Virus record (IMG/VR): IMGVR_UViG_2933632641_000001
Coordinates: 5,513-69,512 of that record
Length of the DNA: 64,000 nt
Strand: one strand, 5' to 3'
Origin: a virus
Lineage: Duplodnaviria > Caudoviricetes
Part shown: piece after piece, positions 8,083-17,981 of the stretch
How the letters are laid out: the number at the start of each line of letters is the position of its first letter
How positions within the stretch are numbered: position 1 is the stretch's first letter
Program-made: the position numbers and the translations under genes
The notes under the pieces: generated by a model
Database searches by the model: none
What the model was told of the DNA's origin: nothing
What the model saw: the letters and a program-made list of their open reading frames with translations, nothing else

Positions 8083-8609
8083 GCGTGCTCCCAGATGACG
8101 TACATCATGCTCGCGGCCTCGTTCGCGAAGGCCGTCGAGAGGGCGGCGCCGCAATTTTGGCCGCCCGCGATCTCGACGTAGTCGCCGACAGCCAACTGGA
8201 GCAGGTGGGAGACCTCGACGATGCCGTTCAGGGTGCCCGCGCCGAGGAGGTTGGCGGCGCCTTGGATGAACGCCCCATTGACGTGAACGCGGGCACCCCG
8301 CGAGCCAGTGCCGTTAGTGGCAAACGCGGCCCGGCCACCGACCCGATACCAGCCGGCCACTTGACACGTATATCGCGAGGTGTTGGAGACGGTGGAATGC
8401 CCTCCGTAAGTGTCGATGATCTCGCTGTCGAAGGTCAGCACCGCCCAAGTTCCATTCGCCACGGACTGCACGACTTGCTGCTGCCCGATGAAGAACGGCG
8501 CGTTGGCGAGGAACGTGAGTCCGTTGTAGACGTTCGCATTCCATAGAGCGCCGGTGATGTACTGCCCGGGCACGACCTGGGCGGGGGTGGGTGCCGCGAG
8601 TCCCGGCAT
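8079..8609 (-). CDS. Minor tail protein with C1q/TNF-like domain
   Basis: LTFDSEIIDTYGGH...RYTCQVAGWY...LQLAVGDYVEI pattern; GGAGG RBS. Confidence 0.75.
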   Translation of the reverse strand: MPGLAAPTPAQVVPGQYITGALWNANVYNGLTFLANAPFFIGQQQVVQSVANGTWAVLTFDSEIIDTYGGHSTVSNTSRYTCQVAGWYRVGGRAAFATNGTGSRGARVHVNGAFIQGAANLLGAGTLNGIVEVSHLLQLAVGDYVEIAGGQNCGAALSTAFANEAASMMYVIWEHA

Positions 8610-8622
8610 GAGGCCTCCAGAG

Positions 8623-11600
8623 TCAGTAGGCGAAGGCGGTGGAATCGAATTTCGTCCCGGCGTCCCACGTTGCGGGGTCGGTCGTCCCGGCCGGGAGCGG
8701 CTCGCAGATCAGGTCTCCGGCGGCGTGCGCCTTCGTTGTCGCCGCGGTCAGCGTGATCGTCGCCGACGCCCATCCGGCCGTGGTCGTGCCGACCGCGGAG
8801 ACGGTGACGGTTTCCTGATTCGCCGTGTTCTGCCCGAGGACGATCTGCTGCCCGGCCCCGAGCTGCGCGGCCAGCGGGTTGGTGGTATCGGCGGAGGCGT
8901 TGACGACGATGCTGGTCACCCCGGACGCCACGCTTGTATTCAGTGTGGTGTGCCATGCGGCAAAAAGGCCGTAGGGGGTGAGATCGACGGGGCTGCACTG
9001 GAGCATGGCGAAGGCTTCACCACGGTCGTCTGTTTGCCAGTTGATGGATTCGACGAATGCGTCGATCTGGATGGCAGGGCTGTTGGGTGGCCTTCTGATG
9101 ACCCGTACTCGGCTTCCTAGCTCCAGCGAGAGCAAGACCGGCCATAGGGCGGGCTGGGCAGAAGGGTGCAGCTTGAGCGTGTTGATTCTCGAGACGGGCT
9201 GCCTGTACCGGGACAGCAGGTAGTTGGCCGCATCCTGGCATTCGGCGGCCGAAGAGGTGTTGATGGTCCGGGACAGGGGGCGCGGGAAATACGCTGCGAT
9301 CGAAGCCTGATCCTGGGCAGCGAAGACCTGCCCCGTGGCCTTCTGGGTCACCTTGACCGTGTTGGACAGGCGTGTCGGATCGAAATCGAGCTTGCAGTCC
9401 TCGTAGGGGTACTCGCCTAGATCGGCACGCTCACCAAAAATGTATTGAGGAGTCAGCGCGTTGTAGCGGGACGACCGCGCTCGGAAGGTGACCGTTCCGG
9501 CCGCGTCAACGTAATGGGCACCTCCTTCCGTATCCACGACGCCCTGCAGAGCAGAGAGAGCATCTTGGCCACCGAAGTCCGCAGCCCCCATGGACGTTGT
9601 CAGTCCCGTCTGAACCGACTTGGGGCCAGTCCAGCCTGCGTAGGCGAGTATGCGGGCGTAACGGCTGCTGGTCGATTCGCCGGTGAACGCGCTCTTCCAG
9701 GCTTGGTAAAGGCCTGTGATTTTCGCTGAAGAAACCCACTTGGTGAACTCGCCCGCGAATGCGATATCTCCCTGAAAGTTGACGGTTGTTCCGTCCCCCA
9801 CCGTTGCGTCGACGAATCCGCCGAGGTTGTCGCTGATGAGCCCTGTCGGTGCATGGGTAGAGGGGATGGAACCGTAGTAGGAGGCTGTCGCCCCGTCTTG
9901 CGAAAAGAGCACCTGGGCAGTGGCCTGATTGTACCCGAAGAGCAGAAAATGCCAGTTCCCGTCCATGCAGTTGGTCGCACCGCCGGCCGTGTATACGTTG
10001 CCGAAACCTGCGGGGCCGAACAGGACCAACGTGGGTTTTCCTGTCACGTCTAGGCACAAATACAGGCGGGAGCCGGTTGCACCGGCTGCCGTGCGCTGGT
10101 TATCCATGCACGACCAGAGATACGCGGCCGAGACGATGGTCGGTCCCGTATACCGGAAGGCGAGGAAACGAACGAACATGGTCGGATCTGCCGGGCCCTT
10201 GATGCCGGCGGCGCCTAGCTTGAGGAAGGTCGCTGGGGCAGCCAGGGCCTCGCCTGGATACGGGTTGGCGATACTGACGACCGTGCCCGAGCTGCCCGTG
10301 TAGCCGCCGTTGGCGCTATTTGAGGCGATCTGATTGCCGAAAGTCAGAGAGCCTGGCCCATATTTCGAGTTGGCGACCGTGGCTTGAGGATAGTTCCCTG
10401 TGGCATCACTTGCTCCGTCTGATCCCTGAGGGTCGTCCAGCTTGTACAGAAATCTCGGACTGTTGATGTTGATCTCTTGGGTGAGGGGATCAGATAGGCC
10501 TACCTGCGAGAGCAGGGCAAAAGCATCGACGCAGTTTGGGGACACAGTCCCGTACACGCCATCCTTCCAACTGGATGGCCACCGCTCCACGAACCCCGAG
10601 AACATGGGATACCAGACGCCCGGTTGCACCCAGGCGGTCGCCGCAGTGCCGCGCTCTAGCTGCCAGCCGTCGACCTGGACGCTGCATGTGGCGGCGGCTG
10701 CGGCGGCCACCATGACGCCGGCGTTGATCCCCGCTGCGTTGGGCGGTGCGGTGGCGGTCACGGTGATCAGCGTCCAGGCGGCCGTAGCCGATCCCGTCAG
10801 CGTCACCGTGCTGCCATAGGTGAAATTTGCTGCCGTCCCTCCCACTGTGGCGTCGTACCAGCCGATGCCAGCCTTGACTTGCAGTGAGGTGGAAGCGGTT
10901 ACGTTTCGGACCCGCATCTGCATCGTGTACGTCTGGCCTGGAAGTACGGCGGCCTGCAGGGTGTGGCAAATCCGAGTGGGCGCGGCGCTTCCGGACGGCA
11001 CGGAGAATGCCAGCACGGTGGCGCCCTGCCATGCCGTGCTGGAGGCAGTGACAGCGCCGGTGCCACTCGGATCCGTATTGCTGGAGATATTCGCGGAGAA
11101 CACCGTAGAGCCGACGGCGTACCCGCCCAGATCACCACCGCTCGCCATGATCTGCGAGAGAAGATTGACAGTCTCGGGCCACTGGGCCCTTTTGCGGTAC
11201 GGCTGGTAAGGCGCGATGCGGCCTGCGAAAGGGCTCGTCGCATTGGTGGGGTCGAGGACACCGTCGCTGTTCGCCAGTGCGGTCGACAGTTCACCAGTGC
11301 GGACCTGGTCGAGCTCGTACTGCCGTCCCCGCTGGATGCTGCTTGAACCCATGGTGCGCTGTGTGACGTCGACCAACCGGTCCGCCGGTGAGGGGGTGGC
11401 CGCGGTCCAGAAGGCTCCCCAGCCGTCCTCGATCAGCGGCCAGTTCGGATTGTTGGGCCCGCCCATCCGGGTGTTGATGCAGCTGATCGAGGCGGTGAGG
11501 CCGGCGACCTCGGTCGCCCCGGCCGAGGTCTGGAACGCGAACGTCATGGCGGTCGCGGATGCGGCCCAGCTGTAGGCGCTGCTGGTCTGCGTGGTCCAAG

Positions 11601-12042
11601 TGATGCCGTCAATGGAGGTGTCGGCGTACCAGGTGCCTGCGGATTCCCGGAGCTGCCACCAGCGGTGATTGTGGCCGTCGTAGGAGCCGAGCATCGTCGT
11701 GGTGGTGACGCCTGCCGTCTGCAGGGTGAATTCGAGGATGCCGGACTCAACCCTGATAGCGACGGAGTTGTTGGCGTCGACCCGCAAAACGAGGGCGGTC
11801 TTGGTGTTGCCATTACCGGTCGCGACGGCCGTGACCAGGGCGTAGACGCTGCTGCTGGTGGCGTCGTACAAGTTCGTGGAACCGAAGGAGTTGGTGGCGC
11901 CGCTGGTCGTGGGCTGGGCGAGGGTGACCATGTCGACGGTGGTGTCGAGCGTGGCGGTTCCAGTGATCGAATTCCACAAGCTCGTATTGAGGGCGCCTGC
12001 CATGAACGCCTCGACGAGGGTCGAGATCTTGGGGTTGGGCAC
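8623..12042 (-). CDS. Large minor tail (tip) protein with carbohydrate-binding/LamG-like domains
   Basis: Follows the tape measure gene; RGRQYELD, VDGWQLERG, FSGFVERWP, YKLDD motifs; GTG start with GGGAGG RBS. Confidence 0.8.
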   Translation of the reverse strand: MPNPKISTLVEAFMAGALNTSLWNSITGTATLDTTVDMVTLAQPTTSGATNSFGSTNLYDATSSSVYALVTAVATGNGNTKTALVLRVDANNSVAIRVESGILEFTLQTAGVTTTTMLGSYDGHNHRWWQLRESAGTWYADTSIDGITWTTQTSSAYSWAASATAMTFAFQTSAGATEVAGLTASISCINTRMGGPNNPNWPLIEDGWGAFWTAATPSPADRLVDVTQRTMGSSSIQRGRQYELDQVRTGELSTALANSDGVLDPTNATSPFAGRIAPYQPYRKRAQWPETVNLLSQIMASGGDLGGYAVGSTVFSANISSNTDPSGTGAVTASSTAWQGATVLAFSVPSGSAAPTRICHTLQAAVLPGQTYTMQMRVRNVTASTSLQVKAGIGWYDATVGGTAANFTYGSTVTLTGSATAAWTLITVTATAPPNAAGINAGVMVAAAAAATCSVQVDGWQLERGTAATAWVQPGVWYPMFSGFVERWPSSWKDGVYGTVSPNCVDAFALLSQVGLSDPLTQEININSPRFLYKLDDPQGSDGASDATGNYPQATVANSKYGPGSLTFGNQIASNSANGGYTGSSGTVVSIANPYPGEALAAPATFLKLGAAGIKGPADPTMFVRFLAFRYTGPTIVSAAYLWSCMDNQRTAAGATGSRLYLCLDVTGKPTLVLFGPAGFGNVYTAGGATNCMDGNWHFLLFGYNQATAQVLFSQDGATASYYGSIPSTHAPTGLISDNLGGFVDATVGDGTTVNFQGDIAFAGEFTKWVSSAKITGLYQAWKSAFTGESTSSRYARILAYAGWTGPKSVQTGLTTSMGAADFGGQDALSALQGVVDTEGGAHYVDAAGTVTFRARSSRYNALTPQYIFGERADLGEYPYEDCKLDFDPTRLSNTVKVTQKATGQVFAAQDQASIAAYFPRPLSRTINTSSAAECQDAANYLLSRYRQPVSRINTLKLHPSAQPALWPVLLSLELGSRVRVIRRPPNSPAIQIDAFVESINWQTDDRGEAFAMLQCSPVDLTPYGLFAAWHTTLNTSVASGVTSIVVNASADTTNPLAAQLGAGQQIVLGQNTANQETVTVSAVGTTTAGWASATITLTAATTKAHAAGDLICEPLPAGTTDPATWDAGTKFDSTAFAY

Positions 12043-12090
12043 GGCGCCTCCCAAGGAGTGAGGCGCCGTGTGGCGCATGAACGGACAACG

Positions 12091-14820
12091 TCAGCGGCGT
12101 GCGTAGTTCTGGTACGTGGTCGGGTTCCGCATGCCGCGCTGGAGGAAGGCTGTTTCGATCTCTCGGGCGATCCCGTCGATGGTGGCGACGCTGCCCTGCA
12201 CGGTGATGTTGATGTTCGTGACATGGGTGCCTGCCCCGCCGCCGACCCCGGCTGTGCCGGCGAATGCCAGGCCTGGCACGCCGACCTCCTGGCCGGCCAG
12301 GAGGCCTGACATGGCCCGGACGGAAGAGACTGCGGTTCCGGCGTGCGCGTCGATTCCCGCTGCCACGCCTTGGGCGATCGGTCCGCCAACGTGCTCCGCA
12401 AACAGTCGGCTTGGCGAGTGAATGCCAAGGAAGTTTTTTGCCGACTGCAGCGCATTGTGGGCCAGGTTTTTCAGTGTGTTGTAGAGCCCACTTGCGGCTC
12501 CGCTGACGCCGTCGATGATGCCGTTGACGATGTCACGGCCGATACCGAGGAACCAGGAGCCGATGCTTTTGACCGAGTTCCAAGCGGCTTTGAGGCCGTT
12601 CCAGATGTACTGACCGATTTTGATGATCTGAGCGTCGACAGCCAGGGTGGCTCCGACGATCGGCGTGATGATGGCCGACTTGATCTGGCTCCAGAGGTAA
12701 GTGCACATGACCTTGACCTCAAGCCACTTCTGGGCCAGCCAGCCAGAGATCTTGTTCCAGACGGCCATGATCTCATGCCAGACCGACATGATCGGGTTGA
12801 TGATCGTTGTCTTGACTTGGTTCCAGAGGAAGGTCGCAAGCACTTTGATCTCAAGCCATTTTTGCGAAAGCCAGCTGGAGACGGCATGCCAGACGTTCAT
12901 CACGGTGCCGATGATCTGAGTGTGGAAATGATTCCAGATCGACATGATGATCGCGATGAACGGTGCGAACAGGACCAGCAGGAGGGGCCACCATTTGCGG
13001 AAGAAAGCGGTAATCCGGTCCCAGATCTGCGTGGTGATGTTCGCGATCCAATTCCAGCCGGCGACGAGCGGATCGACCGCCCGATGCCAGGCGGAGGAGA
13101 AGAAACCGACGATGCTGTTCCAGGCGCCCTTGAGTTTCTCGACGATCCCGTTCCAGATCGACATGGTGCCGTTCTTGACCCAGTCCCAGGCTGCGACGAC
13201 CGCATGTCCTACCGTCTCGGCGATCGACTTGATCCAGTTCCACACCGTGGTCCAGTGCGTGACCAGCAGGACGATGACCGCGATCAGGGCGACGATGCCC
13301 AGGATGATCCAGGTGACGGGGTTGACCGCAGCCGCAGCTGCCATCGCGTACAAGGACGCGATGAAGGCCGCCATCGCAGCGACCAGGATGACGCCGATGA
13401 CCGTGGCGAGCGCGATGGCAGCCGGCTTGTTCTTCTCAAAATAGGTGATCACCTTGAGGATCACCGGGATCAGTTTCGTGCCGACGACGATCGCGGCGGT
13501 CGTCACTGCTTCTTTCAGGCGGCCCATCTGAACGTTGAAAGACTGCTGGGTAATCGCCCATCCTTCGACGTCCTTGCCGGCGTCGTTGAAGGAGTGGCCG
13601 ACCTTCGCGACGCGCTCCTTGAAACCCTCCGCATTCTCGCCGGTCAGCTGCAGGGTGGTGTTGAGGCCGATGGCGCCACCGGTCATCTTCTTGATGGCCT
13701 CGGTGTACGTCTGGGCGGCCGGCCCGCCCTTTTTGAGTTCCGCGCTGAACCCGTTGGTCTTGTTCTGCAGCGTGGCGTACTGCGTGAGCAAATTCGCCTG
13801 CTCCGGCGGCAAAGTCTTGAGCTCCTTGCGCCAATCGCCCAGTGAGATCGACCCGGCCGCGTAGGAGCGGGCCAGGTTCTGGATGCTCGACGGCATCGAC
13901 TTGATCATCGTCTCGGCGTTGGCCGCCGCCTGCTTCGTCTGATTGAAGCTGTCCAGCAGCAGGGTTCCGGACGGCCCCATCTTCGACAGGACCGTCTGCG
14001 ACAGCAGGTCGAGGGTGCCGGTCAGGCCCCGCTCACCCAGCTTGGTCGACACGTCGGTCGAGGACAGGCCGAGCCGCTGCATCTCCTGGACCGCGACGCC
14101 GTTGGGGGCGGCCAGACCGCGGATCGTGGAGGCGAGCTCCTGGGTGGCCTCCCGGGCCGAGGTGCCGTGCTGCGTGAGCGTGGCGATGGCGCCGCCGACT
14201 TCCGCAAAGCTGACCTTGTTGGCGGAGGCGATGGGGATGACCGTGGCCAGAGATCCGGAGAACTCCTGCATCGTCATCTTGCCTTCGCCGGCCGCGGTCT
14301 TGATGGCGTTCATCACGCGCACCGAGTCGGAAGCCTCGAGGTGGTACGACGCCATGACGCTGGTCATCGCGTTGGTGACGTCCTTGAGGTCGGCGCCTTC
14401 CTCACGGGCGCCCTGGGCCGCAGCCTTGAGGACTTGCAGACCGTCACCGGCCCGGTAACCGGCCTTCTCGACCTGGTACATGCCCTCGGCCAACTGGCCC
14501 GTCGACGTACCGGTCTGGCGGGCCAGCGACATGACCCCGTCGGAAACCATCTTGAGCTTCGACTGCGACTCGCCGCACGCCGTGACCAGCAGGTTCATCT
14601 GCTGTTGGAAGTCACCCGCAGCCTTCACCCCGTAGGCGACGAACGCGAGACCGACCACGGTCGTCGCCTGCCCGACCTTCGTCAGGAGGCCCTGGACGCC
14701 GCCCATGCGGGCCATGAACGTCTCGCCGCCGCGCGAGGCCGCAGCCATGCCGGCGGTGAAAGGGGCGGTCTCGGCCCGCAGCCGGACGAAAAGATCGGCG
14801 ACCTCAGCCACAGCCACCAC
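12091..14820 (-). CDS. Tape measure protein (TP901-like core)
   Basis: 909 aa, helical, Trp-periodic amphipathic repeats, LGIHSPSRLF C-terminal motif. Confidence 0.95.
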   Translation of the reverse strand: MVAVAEVADLFVRLRAETAPFTAGMAAASRGGETFMARMGGVQGLLTKVGQATTVVGLAFVAYGVKAAGDFQQQMNLLVTACGESQSKLKMVSDGVMSLARQTGTSTGQLAEGMYQVEKAGYRAGDGLQVLKAAAQGAREEGADLKDVTNAMTSVMASYHLEASDSVRVMNAIKTAAGEGKMTMQEFSGSLATVIPIASANKVSFAEVGGAIATLTQHGTSAREATQELASTIRGLAAPNGVAVQEMQRLGLSSTDVSTKLGERGLTGTLDLLSQTVLSKMGPSGTLLLDSFNQTKQAAANAETMIKSMPSSIQNLARSYAAGSISLGDWRKELKTLPPEQANLLTQYATLQNKTNGFSAELKKGGPAAQTYTEAIKKMTGGAIGLNTTLQLTGENAEGFKERVAKVGHSFNDAGKDVEGWAITQQSFNVQMGRLKEAVTTAAIVVGTKLIPVILKVITYFEKNKPAAIALATVIGVILVAAMAAFIASLYAMAAAAAVNPVTWIILGIVALIAVIVLLVTHWTTVWNWIKSIAETVGHAVVAAWDWVKNGTMSIWNGIVEKLKGAWNSIVGFFSSAWHRAVDPLVAGWNWIANITTQIWDRITAFFRKWWPLLLVLFAPFIAIIMSIWNHFHTQIIGTVMNVWHAVSSWLSQKWLEIKVLATFLWNQVKTTIINPIMSVWHEIMAVWNKISGWLAQKWLEVKVMCTYLWSQIKSAIITPIVGATLAVDAQIIKIGQYIWNGLKAAWNSVKSIGSWFLGIGRDIVNGIIDGVSGAASGLYNTLKNLAHNALQSAKNFLGIHSPSRLFAEHVGGPIAQGVAAGIDAHAGTAVSSVRAMSGLLAGQEVGVPGLAFAGTAGVGGGAGTHVTNINITVQGSVATIDGIAREIETAFLQRGMRNPTTYQNYARR

Positions 14821-14843
14821 CTCTCATCGTCAGCGGTGGTGGT

Positions 14844-15296
14844 TCAGAGGCGGGGCCAGCCGACGCGGTAGATACTCACGTACAGCTGCGGGGCCACGAT
14901 CGTGATCCCGAACTGGTAGGCAGGCTTGAGGAACGGGTAGGTGACGCCGTTGCGCAGGCCCGTCTCGAGGGCGAGTCCGTACCTGCTGGCCGGCGTGCGG
15001 CCGTAGGGCGGGGAGATCCCCGCCCCCGTGCCGACTTTCGTCTCCCAGCCGGTCCCGGTAAGCGTGACCGGGCTGTGGGTGATGGAACGGCGCAGAGTGC
15101 CGGAGATGACCGCAGGCCCGGTTCCCGGGCTGGCAGGTGTGGGCGTTCCCCTCCGGTGCGCCCCTGATGAGGCGTTGACCTTGGCCTGCTTCTCGATGGC
15201 GTTGGCCAGCTGAGTCAGGAACGTCCTCGATTTCAGCTGGCCGTCGGCGGAGATCTCGGCGAAGAGGCGGGTGAAGAGGCCGGCGCGGAGTTCCAT
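14844..15296 (-). CDS. HK97 gp10-like tail component
   Basis: SGTLRRSI...YGLALETG...YPFLKPA motif. Confidence 0.7.
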   Translation of the reverse strand: MELRAGLFTRLFAEISADGQLKSRTFLTQLANAIEKQAKVNASSGAHRRGTPTPASPGTGPAVISGTLRRSITHSPVTLTGTGWETKVGTGAGISPPYGRTPASRYGLALETGLRNGVTYPFLKPAYQFGITIVAPQLYVSIYRVGWPRL

Positions 15297-15297
15297 G

Positions 15298-15567
15298 TCA
15301 GCCTCCCGCCCGGTCTGCCTTGGCCTGGGCCCGCTCGTTTTCTCGCCGTTCCCGCTCGGCGATCATGCTGAGGGTGTCGAGGCAGTACCGTCGCACATAC
15401 AGCGGCGTGGCCTGCAGCTGCTCCCATGACCAGTGCATGCGGCGCATCAGGATGAAGTCGGCCCATTCGGCCGGGGCGTCGTTGCTGCCCCATGTCCCCT
15501 CGATGATCGATTCGATCGGGAGGAGGACGTCCTCGTAGTACGGGGAGCCGGGGCCTACTGAGGGTCC
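15298..15567 (-). CDS. Tail assembly chaperone extension (T segment, -1 frame)
   Basis: -1 frame stays open across the stop of the upstream chaperone; MHWSWEQLQATP motif. Confidence 0.7.
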   Translation of the reverse strand, partial: GPSVGPGSPYYEDVLLPIESIIEGTWGSNDAPAEWADFILMRRMHWSWEQLQATPLYVRRYCLDTLSMIAERERRENERAQAKADRAGG

Positions 15568-15959
15568 GCGACCCGGCCGAGCTCCTCCCCGATCCGGTTG
15601 ATGATCCGCAGCGGCATCCGGGCGATGTTGTCGATCGTGATGGGGCCGAGCCGGGGCTGGGCGTCGGGGGACGCGTTCAGCGACTCGTACAGGGCGACCG
15701 GGTCCGCGTCCTCTGTCAGTTCGGGGGCCGCCGCGGATCCGTCGTATACCTTCCAGGCGACGATGACGCGGGCGAAGACCTCGTACATCGCGTTCTGGGC
15801 TTCCTGCTGGTCCAGGGGCTGCCCGCGCTCGTCGAGAGGCACATCCTTGGGAGTGACCTCTGCCGGCGCCAGGAGCTGGGGGTTGCGGATGAGGACGGAC
15901 ACGTCTTCGCCGAGCTCGGGGAACTGGAGCAGGACGTAGGGGGTGCTGTAGCCAGCCAT
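15555..15959 (-). CDS. Tail assembly chaperone (G)
   Basis: Between major tail and tape measure genes; AGGAG RBS; ends GCG GAC CCT CAG TAG. Confidence 0.8.
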   Translation of the reverse strand: MAGYSTPYVLLQFPELGEDVSVLIRNPQLLAPAEVTPKDVPLDERGQPLDQQEAQNAMYEVFARVIVAWKVYDGSAAAPELTEDADPVALYESLNASPDAQPRLGPITIDNIARMPLRIINRIGEELGRVADPQ

Positions 15960-15975
15960 GGTGATTCTCCTGTGC

Positions 15976-16040
15976 TGAGGGCGTCGAGGGCGTCAGACCC
16001 CGGCCGTGCCGTGACGCCCTCACGTGCGGCACGGCCGGGG
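15976..16040 (-). promoter_or_regulatory. Hairpin/pseudoknot between major tail and chaperone genes
   Basis: 14-bp stem 15998-16011/16027-16040; loop is complementary to tandem GAGGGCGTC at 15977-15994. Confidence 0.6.
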
Positions 16041-16050
16041 AGTCCGGGGA

Positions 16051-17202
16051 TCAGTAGGCCGAGGTGACCCAGTTTTTGAGGACGGCCTGGATGGCGCCGG
16101 CGTCCGTGGAGTTGTAGATGCCGTTGATCTCGAAGTCGGCGGTCACGTAGACGCCACCCTTGTCGTAGCCGCCCTTGGCCCAGCCGGGCGCGGTCGTGGT
16201 CAGGGTCAGTGACGCGCCGCCCGCGCTGACGGGCTGGGTGAGGACCGCGGTTGTCGGCTGCGTCTGCAGCGCCTGCAGGTAGAGGTTGTAGTCGGTGTCC
16301 GACTCGTAGATCGCCTTGTACTTGATGTCGGCGTCCAGGACGCCGGCGAACACCTCGCGCGGCTGCTGCGAGCCGTTGGAGGCGTGGATGGCGTCGGTGG
16401 CGCGCTTGAGCGTCAGGTCGTAGGACAGGCCGCGGGTGGAGGTGCCGCCCGCGTTGGTCATGGCCCACTGCCAGCCGAGCATGGGCTGCACGGCGGTGAA
16501 GGTGGGCGCGGCCAGGCCGGTCTGGACGGCGCCGATCCAGCCGGTGAGCTTGGCGTCGAGGGTCGCCGATCCCTTCGGGTCGATCTTGAGGCCGACCTCG
16601 GACAGCATGCAGCCGGGATAGCCCCAGCTCTCGAACGTGTTGTTGTCGACGAGGCTGTACGTGGGCTTGGCCACTGAGGTCGACTGCTTGAACGTGTGCG
16701 TCGTCGCCGCTTGCACCGCCACAGCCGAGGAGTGGGCGAGCGTCAGGCCAGTCGTCGGGGTGACGATCGGAATCGTGTACGGGCCGGAACCCGTCGGGGT
16801 GCCGGTGATCGCGTACTCGGTGTTCGCGGCCGTGTCGATGCGGATCGTCGAACCGGCGGGGATCGTGGCGGCCGTCGAGATGGATGTGGCACCGGCCAGC
16901 GAAGACGACGACAGTGTCGTGCTGACGCCGGGGGTGACGGTGTCGGGACCGATCATGCGCAGGAAGTAGCCCAGGCAGTCCGGGTACGCGGACAGTTCGA
17001 GGCTGGCCGAGGTCTCGCCGACGCCCTGGTACAGGCCTTGCAAATTGGTGTCGTTCGCGCGGTAGCTCGTGTCCTTGAGCTGCGTGTACTCGACGTTGAA
17101 GTCCGATTTGATCACGGGCAGGTAGAACGTGGGCGCCAGGAATGTGCCCTGCACGCTTTCCTTGGCGATGCCGATCCAGCCGAGCCGGGAGAGGAGCGTC
17201 AC
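16051..17202 (-). CDS. Major tail (tube) protein
   Basis: LGWIGIAKESVQGT N-terminus, beta-rich, canonical position. Confidence 0.85.
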   Translation of the reverse strand: MTLLSRLGWIGIAKESVQGTFLAPTFYLPVIKSDFNVEYTQLKDTSYRANDTNLQGLYQGVGETSASLELSAYPDCLGYFLRMIGPDTVTPGVSTTLSSSSLAGATSISTAATIPAGSTIRIDTAANTEYAITGTPTGSGPYTIPIVTPTTGLTLAHSSAVAVQAATTHTFKQSTSVAKPTYSLVDNNTFESWGYPGCMLSEVGLKIDPKGSATLDAKLTGWIGAVQTGLAAPTFTAVQPMLGWQWAMTNAGGTSTRGLSYDLTLKRATDAIHASNGSQQPREVFAGVLDADIKYKAIYESDTDYNLYLQALQTQPTTAVLTQPVSAGGASLTLTTTAPGWAKGGYDKGGVYVTADFEINGIYNSTDAGAIQAVLKNWVTSAY

Positions 17203-17414
17203 TGCGGCTCACCTCCCTCGTCGTCGGTGGTCTTCTTGCCTCGGGCCTTCGTTGCGGCGGGTAGTTCGTTGACGGGCGTCCAGCCGTCGAGGAGCTGCGG
17301 ATAGTCGGCGGTGTCGCCCGGCTCGACGCTGTAGGGCGGCTGCTCGGGCTGGTCGTCGGTGGCGGGCGTCGCGGCGAAATGCCACACGCTGCCGCTGTCG
17401 TTGCGCTGGCGCAC
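17199..17414 (-). CDS. Small virion-associated hypothetical protein
   Basis: GGGAGAG RBS; GTGA overlap with the tail tube gene. Confidence 0.65.
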   Translation of the reverse strand: MRQRNDSGSVWHFAATPATDDQPEQPPYSVEPGDTADYPQLLDGWTPVNELPAATKARGKKTTDDEGGEPQ

Positions 17415-17479
17415 AGGGCTCTCCCGATGTCGGGGCGTGGGAAAGCCCCCGGCCAGACGGTCCGGGGGCAGGGGCGGGT

Positions 17480-17971
17480 TCAGCCGTTGATCTCGGCGTC
17501 GTCTGCCGAGTAGCTGATGGTGCAGGTCAGGTCTGCTCGGTCGCGGAGGCTCGGCTCGGGGTCGTCGAACTCGACGATGACCTCCGCCGGGTCTTCAGCG
17601 ACGCTGAGGAATCTGCCGCCGTGTGTCTTGTCGAGCATCAGGCCGCCAATCCGCTGCAGCACCAGCTCGACGGCACTGTCCAGGGCCCGCTGCGGCTCCT
17701 CCGCCGCCCCAGACGGGGCTGAGGCTGGCCAGACGATCCGCAGGGCGAAGCGGTGGCGGGCCATCCTGCGCACGTGCGCGGTCCGCACCTCCTGCAGCTG
17801 GCGCCGCACGACGTACAGCTGCCGGCGCCGCTGCAGTGGCGTCCGGGGGAGGTACGCCTGCAGGACGTCGAACGGCCCGTCCTGGCCGGCCAGAAGAGCG
17901 GGCAGTCCGTCGGCAGGGTCGAAGCTGGTCAGCCAGGCAGTCTCACGGGCCACCGCATCAGCGCTACTCAC
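17480..17971 (-). CDS. Putative tail terminator/completion protein
   Basis: Position between adaptor and tube; GTG start with GAGGGG RBS. Confidence 0.6.
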   Translation of the reverse strand: MSSADAVARETAWLTSFDPADGLPALLAGQDGPFDVLQAYLPRTPLQRRRQLYVVRRQLQEVRTAHVRRMARHRFALRIVWPASAPSGAAEEPQRALDSAVELVLQRIGGLMLDKTHGGRFLSVAEDPAEVIVEFDDPEPSLRDRADLTCTISYSADDAEING

Positions 17972-17981
17972 CTGCGCCCCC

